This document shows, in pieces, positions 12,017 to 25,225 of a stretch of DNA of 64,000 nucleotides. Both the position numbers and the translations under genes were made by a program. Position 1 is the stretch's first letter. Every line of letters starts with the position of its first letter. Below the pieces are notes generated by a model, which saw nothing but the letters and a program-made list of their open reading frames with translations, was not told the origin of the DNA and made no database searches. This DNA is from Octopus vulgaris. Lineage: Eukaryota. The stretch is from NCBI GenBank assembly GCA_951406725.2, contig OX597814.1:186682001-186746000 (forward strand). Reading direction: 5' to 3'.

Positions 12017-13237
12017 ATTTAATGTATTTTAATGAAACGTGACTTATTTTCCTGTAACTTTGTCCCCTTCTAATTTTATTTCCGTTCACTGTAAAGAATA
12101 CGAAACGCAAGAAGGTGAGTTAATATCGCAACAGAATACCAGCAGCAAGTATTTCATGAATGAAAATTTGGTAACTACAGGAATAAACAGAGTTAGATGG
12201 GATTGAACTTGGAACGTACAGAGACAAAATTAAATACTGTTAAATATTTAGCTGTTGGGGCTCTATCTCTGCCATACCACCACAAATTGTATTACTATAT
12301 TCACCCTCTATGCGGTCTCTCGAACGGCTAGTAAGCAGCAGCCACGTCGCCCTAAAATCAAATCCTACTGTTTTAAAAAAGTAAGATTGTATTAGAACAT
12401 GTGGTCCTATGTGGTCCTAAATAAAAAGGTATGCATTTTAGTATAGGATTGTTCGATATGAGCTGTATTGAAGCCACACATAAGTAACACATACGATCAT
12501 GGGGTTGACTTTTGCCTTTTAATTCCCTGTGCTCGACAAAATAAATATCAGACACATACTGGATTCAATTCAATGTACAGTACACCTCTAAGTGTGTAAC
12601 TTGATATTTAAGAAGAAACCATAAAAGGTGATGAGTTTATCAGTAGACAAACAAACACACACACACACACTTAACATATGTAGAGGCATACAACATTCAA
12701 CAGACATACATACATTGAAAGCATACGCACATATTTCCTTTGTTTCCGTTTAGAAACAAAGAATACTGATACAAATAATATAATTCATGAAGCCTAAAAT
12801 AATGGGTTTGTTTCGCTTTTGTTTCAATTTGACGCATTTAATATCTAATATCACTTGGAAATATATGTATACTATGTTTTGTTCTGATTTTTGGATAAAT
12901 GTCATTTATAAACAAGCTAAATTTGAAACCACTCAAAAACTGATATTTTTTTACAGCTCTACACTTCAGTACTAATTTAAGCCAAAGCTCAATATTTCTT
13001 TCCTTTTCAATTTCTCTGCTGTTTTCAAAATTTTAAGTACCCCTAGAAAGCGTGTACTAACTGCATAAATTATGTTAATTTTTTTAAACTCACTACATTA
13101 CATATGTGAAACCCTACAGTATTTGAATTTAGTGTACCGAATGCATTCCTACGGTATTTTCCCTAGACGATATTCATAGACAGGTACACATTTCTATGTT
13201 CCTGTTGCTGCTGTTGTTTTTGTTGTTACTGTTGTTG

Positions 13238-13460
13238 AGGCGGCGAGCTAGGAGAATCATTAGCATAGTGGATAAAATGCTTAGCGGCAGTTCATCGTTC
13301 GTCTGTAGCTTATGTCCAAATTCCGCCGAGGTTGACTTCGCCTTTCATCTTTCGGGGTTGATAAAATAAGTACCAACTGGGTACTGGGGTCAATATAATC
13401 GACTTTCCCCCTCCGCCGAAACAGCTGGCCTTGTGCCAAAATTTGAAACCATTATTATTA
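13238..13460 (+). mobile_element. SINE family A
   Basis: AGGCGGCGAGC...CCGAGGTTGACTTCGCCTTTCATCTTTCGGGGTTGATAAAATAAGTACC with (ATT)n tail. Confidence 0.85.
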
Positions 13461-13986
13461 TCCTTGAGTGAGAGATCGGCGCATGTGATACAGGGGTACA
13501 CATATATGATGCCCAATATACACATCATTACTACCCGTCTGATAAGGGTACACCAAGCATATGCATCACAACCATATGTGCGCGACATAGTGATCTCATA
13601 TCAAGATAAATAGCGCATGACCTTGCAGGTGGGGCACTGTTAGAAATTTTTTCAGATTGGATAGTCCATCCCACTCAAAAGGTGCCTGAATAAAGTTTGT
13701 AATGAACAAAACATCCATGCTTCCAGAGGTGAATTATTCAAACCCCAAAGAATTCCTCTCAACACATGGCTATGATGCTCCCCCATTACTTCTACTCGTG
13801 ATCAGAGATGAACATATCGTCAGCCACTAAGGAACATGCTCAGCTGGTTACGGTCAAGCAACTGACAAGCAAATTTGTGGCATTGAGCAAAATATTTGCT
13901 GTAGCCCATCTTTTATACCAAGACAAAACATGTACATAATAACACTTCCAATCAGTTAAGATCAAAAGCCATGAGAGCCACTGCCT
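13461..13986. mobile_element. Unclassified interspersed repeat
   Basis: GC-richer block sharply bounded by a SINE tail and a (CTG)n(TTG)n run. Resembles a recalled octopus repeat but has no second copy in this window. Confidence 0.35.
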
Positions 13987-14019
13987 CCTGCTGCTGCTGC
14001 TGTTGTTGTTGTTGTTGTT

Positions 14020-15045
14020 TCAGCCGCTGAATCGGAGCCTGAGCATGCCGTAGTTATGCACAGACATGCGCTCAGGCTGCGACATCTCCAGCGTTTCCTT
14101 GACGGTGAGCAGGTGTGGTCGCCGTTTGTTAGACTCGCTCTGCCACAGCACGTCTCTTTAACTGAGCTGCAATCCTGGATTAGTCGTAGACCGAGGAGGA
14201 GTGCTTTGCACCTCGAGTGCCGTCAAGCGCTCACAGCCACCTGCCAGGCGGGCAATGTGGTAGTTCCACTCTAGCGTTCTATAGAGCGTAAATGGAGGAA
14301 AAGTGCGACGAGGTTCTCGGGGAAACTCTGGGCATCGACGACAATCAACTCACCGGTGTGTTCCATAGGACTTTCGCGCCGGGGCCTATGAATAGCTTCC
14401 AGAAATCCCTTGCTTAGCAGTGCTACCGAGGAGCGCTGTCCGTTCGGGATAAACTTTACAAGCACGGAAGTGCCGTCAACCATGCCTGCCCGAGGTGCGC
14501 GCAAAACAACGAAACCATTTTGCACGCATTCGTCCAATGCCCGAGCATTGCTAACCTGTGGGTTTATGTCGAATACCTGCTGGTGCGTCTAGGACGGATC
14601 TGGTTATCAGCTGAATCCATAGTGAAGATTGCCTCGCCGCGTTCCTTTTGCCAGGAGGGCAGACGAATTTTATTTGTTTGGTGGCTGTAGCGAAAGAGGT
14701 AGTGTGGTGGACACACTTGAAAGGGCTAAAGACAGACACTTTCCTCTTTGGCCAAGTCTTCATAAACTTGTTCAAGTTTCACTTGAAAAGTGAGGGTGGA
14801 GAGGGGCGTGTTGTCTTCTAGCAAGTTTGTTGAAAGGTGGGAGAATGTTGGGAAATTTGTCAGTGTGAAAGGACCCATTTTTTTCCCACGAGTAACCTTA
14901 AAGCGCTTCCCACCTTTTTGGGAGTTTTACTTGTTCAATTTTTTTTATCCACTGTTGACACGTTTTAAAACCCGTTGTGTCGTCCTATTTTGTCATTTCA
15001 TGTTGTCTTATGTAAGCCCTTGTGGCTAATAAAATAATAATAATA
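14020..15045 (+). mobile_element. L1/Tx1-type LINE, 3' fragment (ORF2 C-terminus and 3' UTR)
   Basis: CPRCAQNNETILHAFVQC zinc knuckle at about 14487-14540, then AATAAA and an (AAT)n tail. Homologous to 58060-59530 (shared LRLRHLQ.FLD.EQV.S.FVR). Confidence 0.85.
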
Positions 15046-15059
15046 AATTATTATTATTA

Positions 15060-15273
15060 GGGTGGCGAGCTGGCAGAAACGTTAGCACGCCGGGTAAAAT
15101 ACTTAGCGGCATTTCGTCCGTCTACGCTTTCTGAATTCAAATTCCGCCGCGGTCGACTTTGCCTTTCGTCCTTTCGAGGTTAATGAAATAACTACGAGCT
15201 GGGCACTGTGGCTGATGTAACGACTAGCCACCACCTTCAAAATTTCAGACCTCGTGCCTATAATAAAAAGGAT
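15060..15273 (+). mobile_element. SINE family A
   Basis: Full head GGTGGCGAGCTGGCAGAAACGTTAGCACGCC; inserted in the AT-rich LINE tail. Confidence 0.85.
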
Positions 15274-17427
15274 TGTTGCTGTTATTAGTGATCACTCTTA
15301 GTCTTTCCAACCGAGTAGAACATACTTCACAAAAGAAGTCTAATAAAAATAAAACGTCCTTTGCTTTTACCAGGTTCAAAGACAAAGTTCACTCCCGTTA
15401 GTATTGTCAATGTTTTCTAAAATTTCCAAGTTATTAATATTATTGGAGTTACCTTGCTTTTAGATTTTAAACACCTCTAAAAGGAAATGTTTGTTAATTG
15501 TATAAATAATTTCAGTTAATCGAAATTTTTCAACTCACTGTCTTAATTTCGTAAAACTCAACTATTTTATAATTGTTTTAATGAAAGAACAGACTAATAA
15601 ACATTATTCTCTCTCTTCACGAAAACAAAATATTTACAAACCAATTACCACCACTTCAAGGAAGCATTATTTGTCTTTTGAGTATACCAATGTGCGCGCG
15701 TAAGTGCGTTTTTTTTTTTTTTTTACACGGACATCTAAAGAAGAAGTTTCTGCCGGTAAAACCCTATATGTAATTTATACTATGCCTCTCCTTGCCTGTA
15801 AAATTGATCGACATGCCCGGATTATTGCAGAAGTTTCTGTTTGATGACTTCACTGCTGGTATTATTGTTTCATCGTGATATCAAAAGTTAATGGGCAGCA
15901 AACGCGGCTTACATAAGAGGCTAACTACAGTAGACTCCATTATAGTAGCGGCGGATAATGATCAAAGTAAAGGAAATTGTAAACGTTTAGAGCCAATTGT
16001 GACATACACTCCCTACGAAGAATATGAATGGAAAATGAAATTGTAAACTAAATTATACTACAAGCTATCTCAGTGTTGCATTCTCATAGACGGGGAGGGA
16101 AAGCAGTAGAACCATTGCAAATAGTAGAAAGCTGGAATGATGCTTTATGCTTTCATATTCTGGGCCTTGATAGTTTCAAATTTTACGATGTGGATTTTAC
16201 CTTCTGCTCATTCAAGGTCAATAATGTAATTAGTAATTTCCTAACCCATTAATGCATGCCTTTCTGTCTAGACTACAAAAAATACAATGGGAAAATAATA
16301 CTTATGGGTATAGTGATAGACTAGACGCGACGAAGTACCTAACTCGTTGCCTCAATTTCCTGAGTTAAATTCAGACTGGAGTCACTTTTGCCTTTTATTC
16401 TTTCTTAGCCGATCAATTGATTAATATCGTCTCTCTTTTAAAAGAACGGAATGATTCTTTTTCTCTTTTCGTTCTTTTCATGCGGCAAAATTCTATACAA
16501 AAGAGTTGTTCAGTCAAGGTGTTCTGCTACACAATTTCCCAACAGCTAATGAACAGTAGGCAGCCGATCAAAAGGATTTATTTCAGACTCGGAGTCCATG
16601 TGAATAAGAACGTGTGTAATAACCTACTTAGGCGCGCTCAAAAATATCTTCAATACGTAACATTAGACATTGAAATTCTACTAGAAGACGGGTTTTCAAA
16701 AAATTTTTTACGGTGCACCCTTCATGTCCCCCAATGATAGCCTATCCCATGTGAAGAATTTAGTCTAAGATAGTTGAATACTGTAGAACAGACAGACATT
16801 ATATGTTATTAATTCAATTTTAAAAAATTCAATTCTAGTCATAGTCAACTTTGCCACTAAACCTTCTGCGGTTGATAAAATAAAATAGCAGAGATTTTAT
16901 ATATAAACGACTATTTCTTTTTCTAAAATGTCTAGCCTTGTGCCTATGTAAGAAATCAATTTCATTTAATGCTACATTTTTGATATGTAAACTAAGTAAT
17001 ATGTGGTATCATAGATCATAAGGAAAAATGCGCAGATGGATCACCAGTGCAGACAAGCTAATTTTTTCAATCTTACGATGCTGAATGTCCCATCATAGTG
17101 ATATTTGAAAAAAGTTGAAGATATGTAAAAGCTGTAAGTTTCTTCTCGTTAAATAAATCAACAAATTCTGGACGAATATTAAACATAAACAACTTATGGA
17201 GCTAACGAGGGAGACTCTACGCAGTTGTTCGACGGCCAAGAAATGGCAACCAAACCTCCCTCAAATCATAAACAGACATCTTAAAAACAATAAGGACATA
17301 TTAGATGAAGTGGTCCAAGATGGTCCTTAAAAAGTTATAGACATGGCTGGAATGAACTTGATTATAAGATTTGTTCGATAACTGTTGACCTTGAATTAAA
17401 CAATAGCTAAATAGTAAAAGCTTATAC

Positions 17428-17713
17428 AGCCAGAAGTAGAACACTGAATGGAAAACGGCTAGAAATTACAAACGCTCCAATATTTCGACAATTTAATGAA
17501 ACACACTTGTTTATGAACATAAATATGTTGATTGTGGCACAAGACGGCAATTTTAGCACAAGGCCACAATAGCCAGAAGTAGAACATTGAATGGAAAACG
17601 GCTAGAAATTACAAACGCTCCAATATTTCGACAATTTAATGAAACACACTTGTCTAAGAACATAAATATGCTGATTGTGGCACAAGACGGCAATTTTAGC
17701 ACAAGGCCGCAAT
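17428..17713 (+). repeat. 143-bp tandem duplication (2 copies)
   Basis: 17428-17570 and 17571-17713 differ by only a handful of substitutions. Confidence 0.95.
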
Positions 17714-17841
17714 TTTGCAGAGAAGTATAGTTGACTGAGCCAACCTCAGTACACTACTGGAGTTTATTTTATTGATTGTGGTGCGATGAAAGAAAAGTAA
17801 ACTCCGACGGTATTTGAATTCAAAGCATAAATGGAACTAAA

Positions 17842-18090
17842 CATTGTCCCGAGGGAGATCAAAGAGGAAAAGGATCCCATCAACTTTAAACGGAGTCTGG
17901 ATAGATTCCTTCAAAGAATACCAGATAAGCCACTCATAATTGGATACAACTCACCCAACAAAACTCACTACTTGACTTAAACAAAACTTTACTTAAACAG
18001 GATTCGAATAATCCTATCAGGTGGTGCTATTAAGTTAGACATGGCCTGGACCAATCTTTAGTCGAAACATATCTAAGTTTATCTAAGTCT
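17842..18090 (+). mobile_element. CR1-group LINE 3' end
   Basis: Translates NIVPREIKEEKDPINFKRSLDRFLQRIPDKP (cf. N.LP......FK..LD.FL..PD.P); short tandem tail ATCTAAGT. Confidence 0.7.
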
Positions 18091-19180
18091 AAATAGATAT
18101 TTAGTTCGACACTTGTAATTTTAGCGTCCTACAACCTTCGTTACCATTACTCAATATTGTGATTGTTTCGCCTTCCAAATTTTTAAAACTCCTTCATCTT
18201 CTATCTTAATGCCATACATACATACATACATAACGGTTATATGGTGAATATCGCATCAAATAGATAAAATGCTGGCAAAATTTGATAACAAAACAGCGCA
18301 GGTGAAGATTCGATGAGATTTTATAATTCAAAATGTAGTGAGTTTGTCGTTCTGAAATACATGACTATTCTAGATTATACTTAAAATAGCGACATAGTGT
18401 TTCAAATACCTTGTGTGTATGTAAAAATACTGCTGATATTCCCTGAAACGACCAGGGTGTGCTTTCTTCAACTTTTTCACATGTCTTCTAAAGGTCTGCA
18501 CAATTGATGTTTTATTGTTGGAGCTTAGAAACCCTTCAACATTTTATCTACTTATTAAATTCTATATTTTCTTGCCATTCATACCAATATAATAGTATTA
18601 TAGGTAAATTATATATATAATATAATGAAATTATTGTATACAGTGCTCAGGTGCACCACAACTTGTCAAATCCTTGTTGGACATATATCTAATAAAATAG
18701 AAGCAATTTGCTATTGTGTGTTTAGAGATTCCTGATACCATTTTCCATACAACAGATTTCCGTACAATGATAAATAGTTGATACCAAAATTCTTTTCACG
18801 ACATATTCATACACTTTTCTACGGATATTTCAACCAAAATCTATAGTGTGCTTAAAACATTGTGACAGAAACAAAACAAAACACAAAGCGCTTTGCATTT
18901 GACAGACAAGTGGTTAGCAGAATGACTGAGAATCTAAATTTCCATTGGGTGTTTATTTACACTTATAACAATTTCTTTCACTTCCAAATACTAGCAACGT
19001 GGATAAGTATCTACTTGGGATTAAACATTTTGTACATTTTGAAGATTTTTTTGATGACCTATTTCTATTTTAACTAGCCTAGTTTTGGAGTGTGGTAAAG
19101 GAATACAAATATACAAAATTATTATCACACGAAGTGAATATAGAAGAACTATTACTCTCATTAAATACTATACAAAACTT

Positions 19181-19397
19181 AAGGCGGTGAGCTGGCAGAA
19201 TTGTTATCACTTTGCACAAAATGCTTAGCGGTATTTCTTCCGGATTACGTTCTGAGTTAAAATTCTGCCGAGGTCGATTTTTGCCTTCCATCTTCCTCTT
19301 TCGAAGTTGATGGAAATAAGAGCCCGTTGAGCACTGGGGTCGATATAATCGATTAGCCTCTATCCCAAAATTTCAGGCCTTGTGCCTATAGTAGAAA
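19181..19397 (+). mobile_element. SINE family A
   Basis: AAGGCGGTGAGCTGGCAGAA head and CAGGCCTTGTGCCTATAGTAGAAAG tail. Confidence 0.85.
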
Positions 19398-19764
19398 GTG
19401 AAAATAAAACAGTACACAAAATTCAGTGAGGAAATCGTAGAATTTAGCAGTCCAGGGAAAGTTTTTATTTCATAGTTTTTACTGAATTTTATTTCGATGT
19501 AAAGTTATAACCAGATTGTCAGCAATGGGTTTCGTCCAGCGCTACTTACAATGGTTTCCTCTATGAATTGTCATTATATCCTTGCCAACTCCTTGCTCCT
19601 CCCATTATCCATATGGTTACGTTACCCTATCCTTCAACACTGCATCTAATCTTTCCTCCTAGGGATAACGGTCGTCTGGAATACCATCATTTTTACCTAC
19701 ATACGCTGGTCGTAGATGATCAAGTCGAACATCACCACATTGATTTCAATAGTCTATGTGAACC

Positions 19765-19870
19765 TGTAAAGTCATACGCACAGCTTTTCCCTACTTAGTT
19801 CACCTATTTTTAGATTATAATCTAAAAATAGGTGAACTAAGTAGGGAAAAGCTGTGCGTATGACTTTACA
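19765..19870. repeat. 106-bp perfect palindrome with no spacer
   Basis: TGTAAAGTCATACGCACAGCTTTTCCCTACTTAGTTCACCTATTTTTAGATTA followed immediately by its exact reverse complement; centre at 19817/19818. Confidence 0.97.
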
Positions 19871-20350
19871 AATAACAAAATTAAGGATTAACCTTTCCTA
19901 TATCTATTGGTTACTGCCTATAAATAATTACATATAATTGCAAATTAAACCACCACCCCATGACTGAAATGCATGCATGTCAGCTCTAGACTTGGCAAAA
20001 TTTATACATCTTTATAAGAAAATACTGCAAACCGGAACAGCTTTTCAAAATATATATAAATCAAGATTTTTAATATTTCAGTGTTTTACTTAGTAATTTT
20101 AAAAGTTTTTTTCTTTTTCGCTTCAGATATGCTATAAAAGAAATCATTTACAAATCTATAACAAGCAGTACGAGAAACTTTGTTTCAGTTAGGTGAACCC
20201 TATTTCGTATTCACAAACACATACACATTGTGTGTATAAGAGTGTGCGCGCGCTCCTGTACATGAAATTTATTTCATTCATTATCAAGTATCAGATAAAT
20301 TTTAGCAGCGAAATTGAACCAATCTTCTCACCCGGAAATATGAAGAGTTA

Positions 20351-20418
20351 GGATCTATTCTGTTTGGTGGTCAACTCGATTAATTAATTCGAAGTTGACC
20401 ACCAAACAGAATAGATCC
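20351..20418. repeat. 68-bp hairpin (26-bp perfect arms, quasi-palindromic centre)
   Basis: Arms 20351-20376 and 20393-20418; centre CGATTAATTAATTCGA. Confidence 0.95.
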
Positions 20419-23400
20419 AAGAGTCATTCAAGGGAGGCAACTCCAAATATACTGGACACGTGATTTTTCAATTCTTTAATAACGAAGCACTAGAATTCTT
20501 TTCTGTTTACTGTACATGAACCTATTTTATTTAATTTTGTTATGATGAAGTAGGTCGTTAGGAGAAATTAGGCAAGTTAATAAGAAGGGCGTACAATTTT
20601 CTCTGTTCGAATTCTGATTAAATAACCTTATTTTTCTTCTTTTTTAAATAGAAAATTTCACTGAGGTCGAGGGAAAGGGAATTAGATAATGAAAACACGC
20701 TACAATCGAAATAAAATCTACATCAAATAGACAAAATAGAGTTAATAGTTTAGGGTTTTCTCTGCCTTTTACCCAGCCCGATAGTGAAACCTACAAAATA
20801 TAATCTACGGCACTCTTAGAAAATTTAGATTTTCTAGTAGATCATTTTAATTCAGATGATTCTGAAACTTATTTTCACTTAATCATTACATTTGTAGATA
20901 TATGTTGCAAAACTGAAAATATAATATCAATAACAATTCATTTATACATACAATATTCGACGTAAGTTCACAGGTATATACCCAAAACTATAATTTTAAT
21001 GTTTCATATAGTCATTTAGAATAAATATTATGAATTTTACTCGATCCCTGAAGTGAAGAATTAAAAAATATTCTTGCTGTAATAACATCAGAATACATCT
21101 ATTCAAACATAACGTGCATGGGGAAACCCATTTAAAACGTCTAAATTCTACGTTTTTATTATTGTTTTGCTTTGCTTTAATATCTCATTTTCAATGATTT
21201 CCTTCTGTATTTTGCAGATGATATTCTAATACTAAATTCAAAAACATTTGTTGCCCGATATATTTTAACATGAAAACCTCCCAGCTAAATTTTTAACCTT
21301 GACCTATTTCCGAGCGATCCGAAATAGTACGAAACAGTTCCGATTCATTCAAAAGCATTCGTGATAAAATGTCTCACTTTTCTCTTCCTTTGAATATAGA
21401 ACCTCGCAATAAGTGAAGATGAACCAATATTTTGTTTTCATTGCGCTCACAAAAACTGTCTATGCCTTGATTTAGGATTAAAAAATATTATGGGAAATAA
21501 TTCCTTAAAAAGTTACCTCCCTTGAAATTATGGGACGTAACCTTTTTTTACTTTTTGTATGTGTTATTTTAGTGTTATTAATACTCCGAAAACTATCTTC
21601 AAATTCGTTTGCACTAAATCAATTGACTCATGGTTTGCTTATTTCAGTTATTCTTTCATCTGCTCTAAAATGTGCCTTTTAGACAAATCCTTATAGTAAT
21701 GAAGTCAGCAGAAGGCATGTATGTAACCCATAAGGTGATTTTTTTAATTCTACAAGCCCAAAACGAGACGGTTAAAACTGGAAAGTCTTTGAATGTAGAT
21801 TTTGCACGGCCAAGGCTAATCTAGAAATAAACTGACCATAGTGAAATTTTATTTATATTGCGTAAAAGGTATTTACGAAAATAAGTATTTTAGAGAAAAC
21901 GATACAATCTAAATTGGTAAGAATCTAATCTTACACATAACAAATAAAGTATAGAAAAATAACTTCAACAAATTTGATAAATGTCAGCTAATCAATTTAT
22001 TTATATAAACTAGTGTGAAGTGAATGTATTTTCTTTCCAATTTTAAATATATACCTTGACAAATTATTAAAGTAGCTGAATTATTTTTGTTTCTCTAATT
22101 CTTATACATACGTTCATTAAAGTAAGAATATGTAATCAATTTTAAATAGTTATTATTTTGAAAACCCTTGTATAGAGTATTTATTTTATTTAAGAAATTA
22201 TCTTACTCTTAAATTCTGTCTGAATTCTAACCTCTAAAAAATTATATAGTAAAGCTTATATATTAAATGTAAAAATCGCTTAAAACTTATGCCATTTTCA
22301 AAATCTTTTTGCAATAATAAACCTATCCGAAATACGAGATTTCAAAAGTTACAGGTAATGAGGAAATTATTATAAAGAGCACGAAACCTGAAGTACCACT
22401 ACTTGATTAGAATTTTTTAAAATTTTTATTGGAAGTGTGGCAACACTGAAAGAATGAGAGGAAACTTGATCTCAGCATGAAGTGAACTCCGAACGTGAAG
22501 CCATAATTAAATACCACAAAGAATTTTGTTCGACACGCTGATGTTTCTGGCCACCACTAATAATGATTTTTCATTCTCAATGTCATTTACAGTTTTTATG
22601 CAATGGTTAATTCAAGGGAAATAAATCTTATTTTTGACATAATTTGTTCATAGAATTACCTCCCTTCCATACCTATTCTTAGGATATTTGATTCTTCATT
22701 AATGAATGCTTTTTTAAAGAGTTTAAATGACTTAAAACTATTTGTTTCCTGTATTTCTAAGTAGAAAACTTTCATTCACATTGCTTCGTTACACTTCAGA
22801 TTCACGGGAATGTTAAACCTGAGACAAGTGTCCATCAATCATTGTAGTCCACGTCTTTGAATAAGGATTCTGATGTTAGGCGTTCACTACCAATATCTTC
22901 CTTCACTGCAAATTCCTGTTTGCAAATCAAATTCTTTTATGTTTTTCTTTAAGCTTTGATGATTCTTGTATATTCTCTTTCAGTTTTCAATACTTGATAC
23001 TTCCAATATATGTCACTAAAACATCAGCTGCTGGACTTAATTGATATACCTACAATAATACACCAGTAATCTCTTACCATAAACATGTTTTTGCTAATTA
23101 ATTTGTCCATTTATTTATAATGCATTCTAGTGCTTTGCATACTAATTCCTTGAAACATTTTTACAGAATATTAATTTTCCTCCTTTATGAAATATCTACA
23201 TTACAGCAATTACCTGCCAGAAAGAAGCATATAATAACTATACTACGGAAAATAACTCAAACAAGCTTCTGAAATAAAGAAATTTATACAATTAGTATCA
23301 TTTCAAGCAACATGATTAAAGACTTATAAAATTCCTATATCAGAATGTTGTACACTTCAGTTATGATTGATTGTATTAGGAAATCAGTTGCATGCCCATA

Positions 23401-24867
23401 TGAAAAACCCAAGATTATAGTGATCCAACAAAGGAACATCTACAGGTTACTAAACTTGCTACAAATCCAAAATATTCCAAAAACGATGTCATGGTTACTG
23501 TTTGAAGTCTGCTGATGGTAGGTCTGCTCAATATGAATTAACTTGGGGCATATGAAAATAATACATAAACAATAAAACTACAATTACCATACAAACACTA
23601 ATATATTCTGTGTTTCTCAAGTTCATATAATAATACATTTGAAAGGTTCCATAAAACTGCAATAATAATAGATGACAATACCATTGTTTAGAATTCACTT
23701 CTGACTTGTTCCATTTTGTGAACTTTGATTCCTGCTAACACAGACCACACCTAGTTTCTTCATTCTAATGTTTTATTTTGCAATGATAAATATACCTTGA
23801 TATAAATTTCAAAATTTCAAAAAGCAATTTCATCAGACACTTTTAATATCTTCATGGATACTATCTATTTACTCGTAAACAAATAATATAGCAATACTCC
23901 TTCTGCAACATAACTCTGTAACATTTGTGATTAAATAACTTAAGAATTTTCTAATTGCAATGAAAACAAAAATGTCTCTATGTAATAAGAAATACACAAA
24001 CATACTTTAGAAATGTTGAACTATCATGAAAGCAAAATGAAGAAAAATTAAGTTGTATTTAAGAAACAGAGATTTGACGAAGATATTGATATTTGTATAC
24101 AGATTCCCTGCTAGAGTAAGTAGTAAAATATAGACATGCTTCTTCATAAGTTTTCATTCAACATAGCCAAACAAATGTAATGTAGTTTCTTAAACTACAT
24201 TATTAGTTTAACTGCTGTTTATATACCTGCTGCTCAGAAAGATAATTTTATTTTTAGTTCTAGTTAAATAGTTGGTCACCAATCAAAGTACATTTGCTAT
24301 TAATCATTGATCATCATTCCAATTAACATCTTCAAACATCGTTTTAACATATATTTGTTTCCTATGTTGGTAGGAATAAAATAAGTTTACTTGAACTTAT
24401 CTGGCACCAAGCCCATCTATACACTCCAAACAGCATAATGTAACCTAATTCTGACTCATAAACATTTCATGATAATATTTAATGTTACAAAAGTTGACTA
24501 TATTTCACTTGATGTTGTTATGAAACATTACAGAAAAACTAGAACAGGTGGCCTTCACATCGAACAAACCAAACAAGATACAGCAGTGTTCTTTCTGTAT
24601 TATCCATCTAAAAATACTGAATTCAGTTGGATGGGTTTTGAATTCCAACAAATGATATGGCCTCCAAAAAGACACAGTGAAACACCTCAAGCCAGAAATA
24701 TAATCATTTATTAAATGGAATATGTTTTCTAAAGCATTTCAGGTGAAATACACTGTTTTCAACTAAACCGGTATTGCTTATCTCACAGTTAAACTGAGAA
24801 GGCTATTGACCTGACCTGATGTAGCCATATTCTTACAAAAACAAATACTAGCACTTAGAGCATTAAA

Positions 24868-25225
24868 TAGGTGCAGGCATAGCAATGTAGCCAAGAAGTT
24901 TTCTTCACAATCACATGATTCCAAGTTTCATCCCACTGAGCAACAACAGTTTTTTTATATTTTTCTATAGCCTTGGATAGACCAAATCTTTGTGAATGGA
25001 ATTTGGTAAACTATATGGAAGCCTGTTGTGTGTGTGTTTGTGTGAGTGTAAAGGACATGTGTGCATCGTTTCATGCCAAAAAGTAACTCCGGCTTTTGGT
25101 AAATAGACATAAATAAAATAAATATCAGACTGGAATAAATACTGGAATTAATATGACTGACTAAAAAAGATCTCAAAGGTGATGTTATAGCATGGCTGAG
25201 TCCAATGACTGAAACCAGTAATGAA
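24868..25225 (+). mobile_element. SINE family B, old and CpG-decayed
   Basis: TAGGTGCAGG head, GAATGGAATTTGGTA...GAAGCCTGTTG and CAATGACTGAAACCAGTAA tail. Confidence 0.7.
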
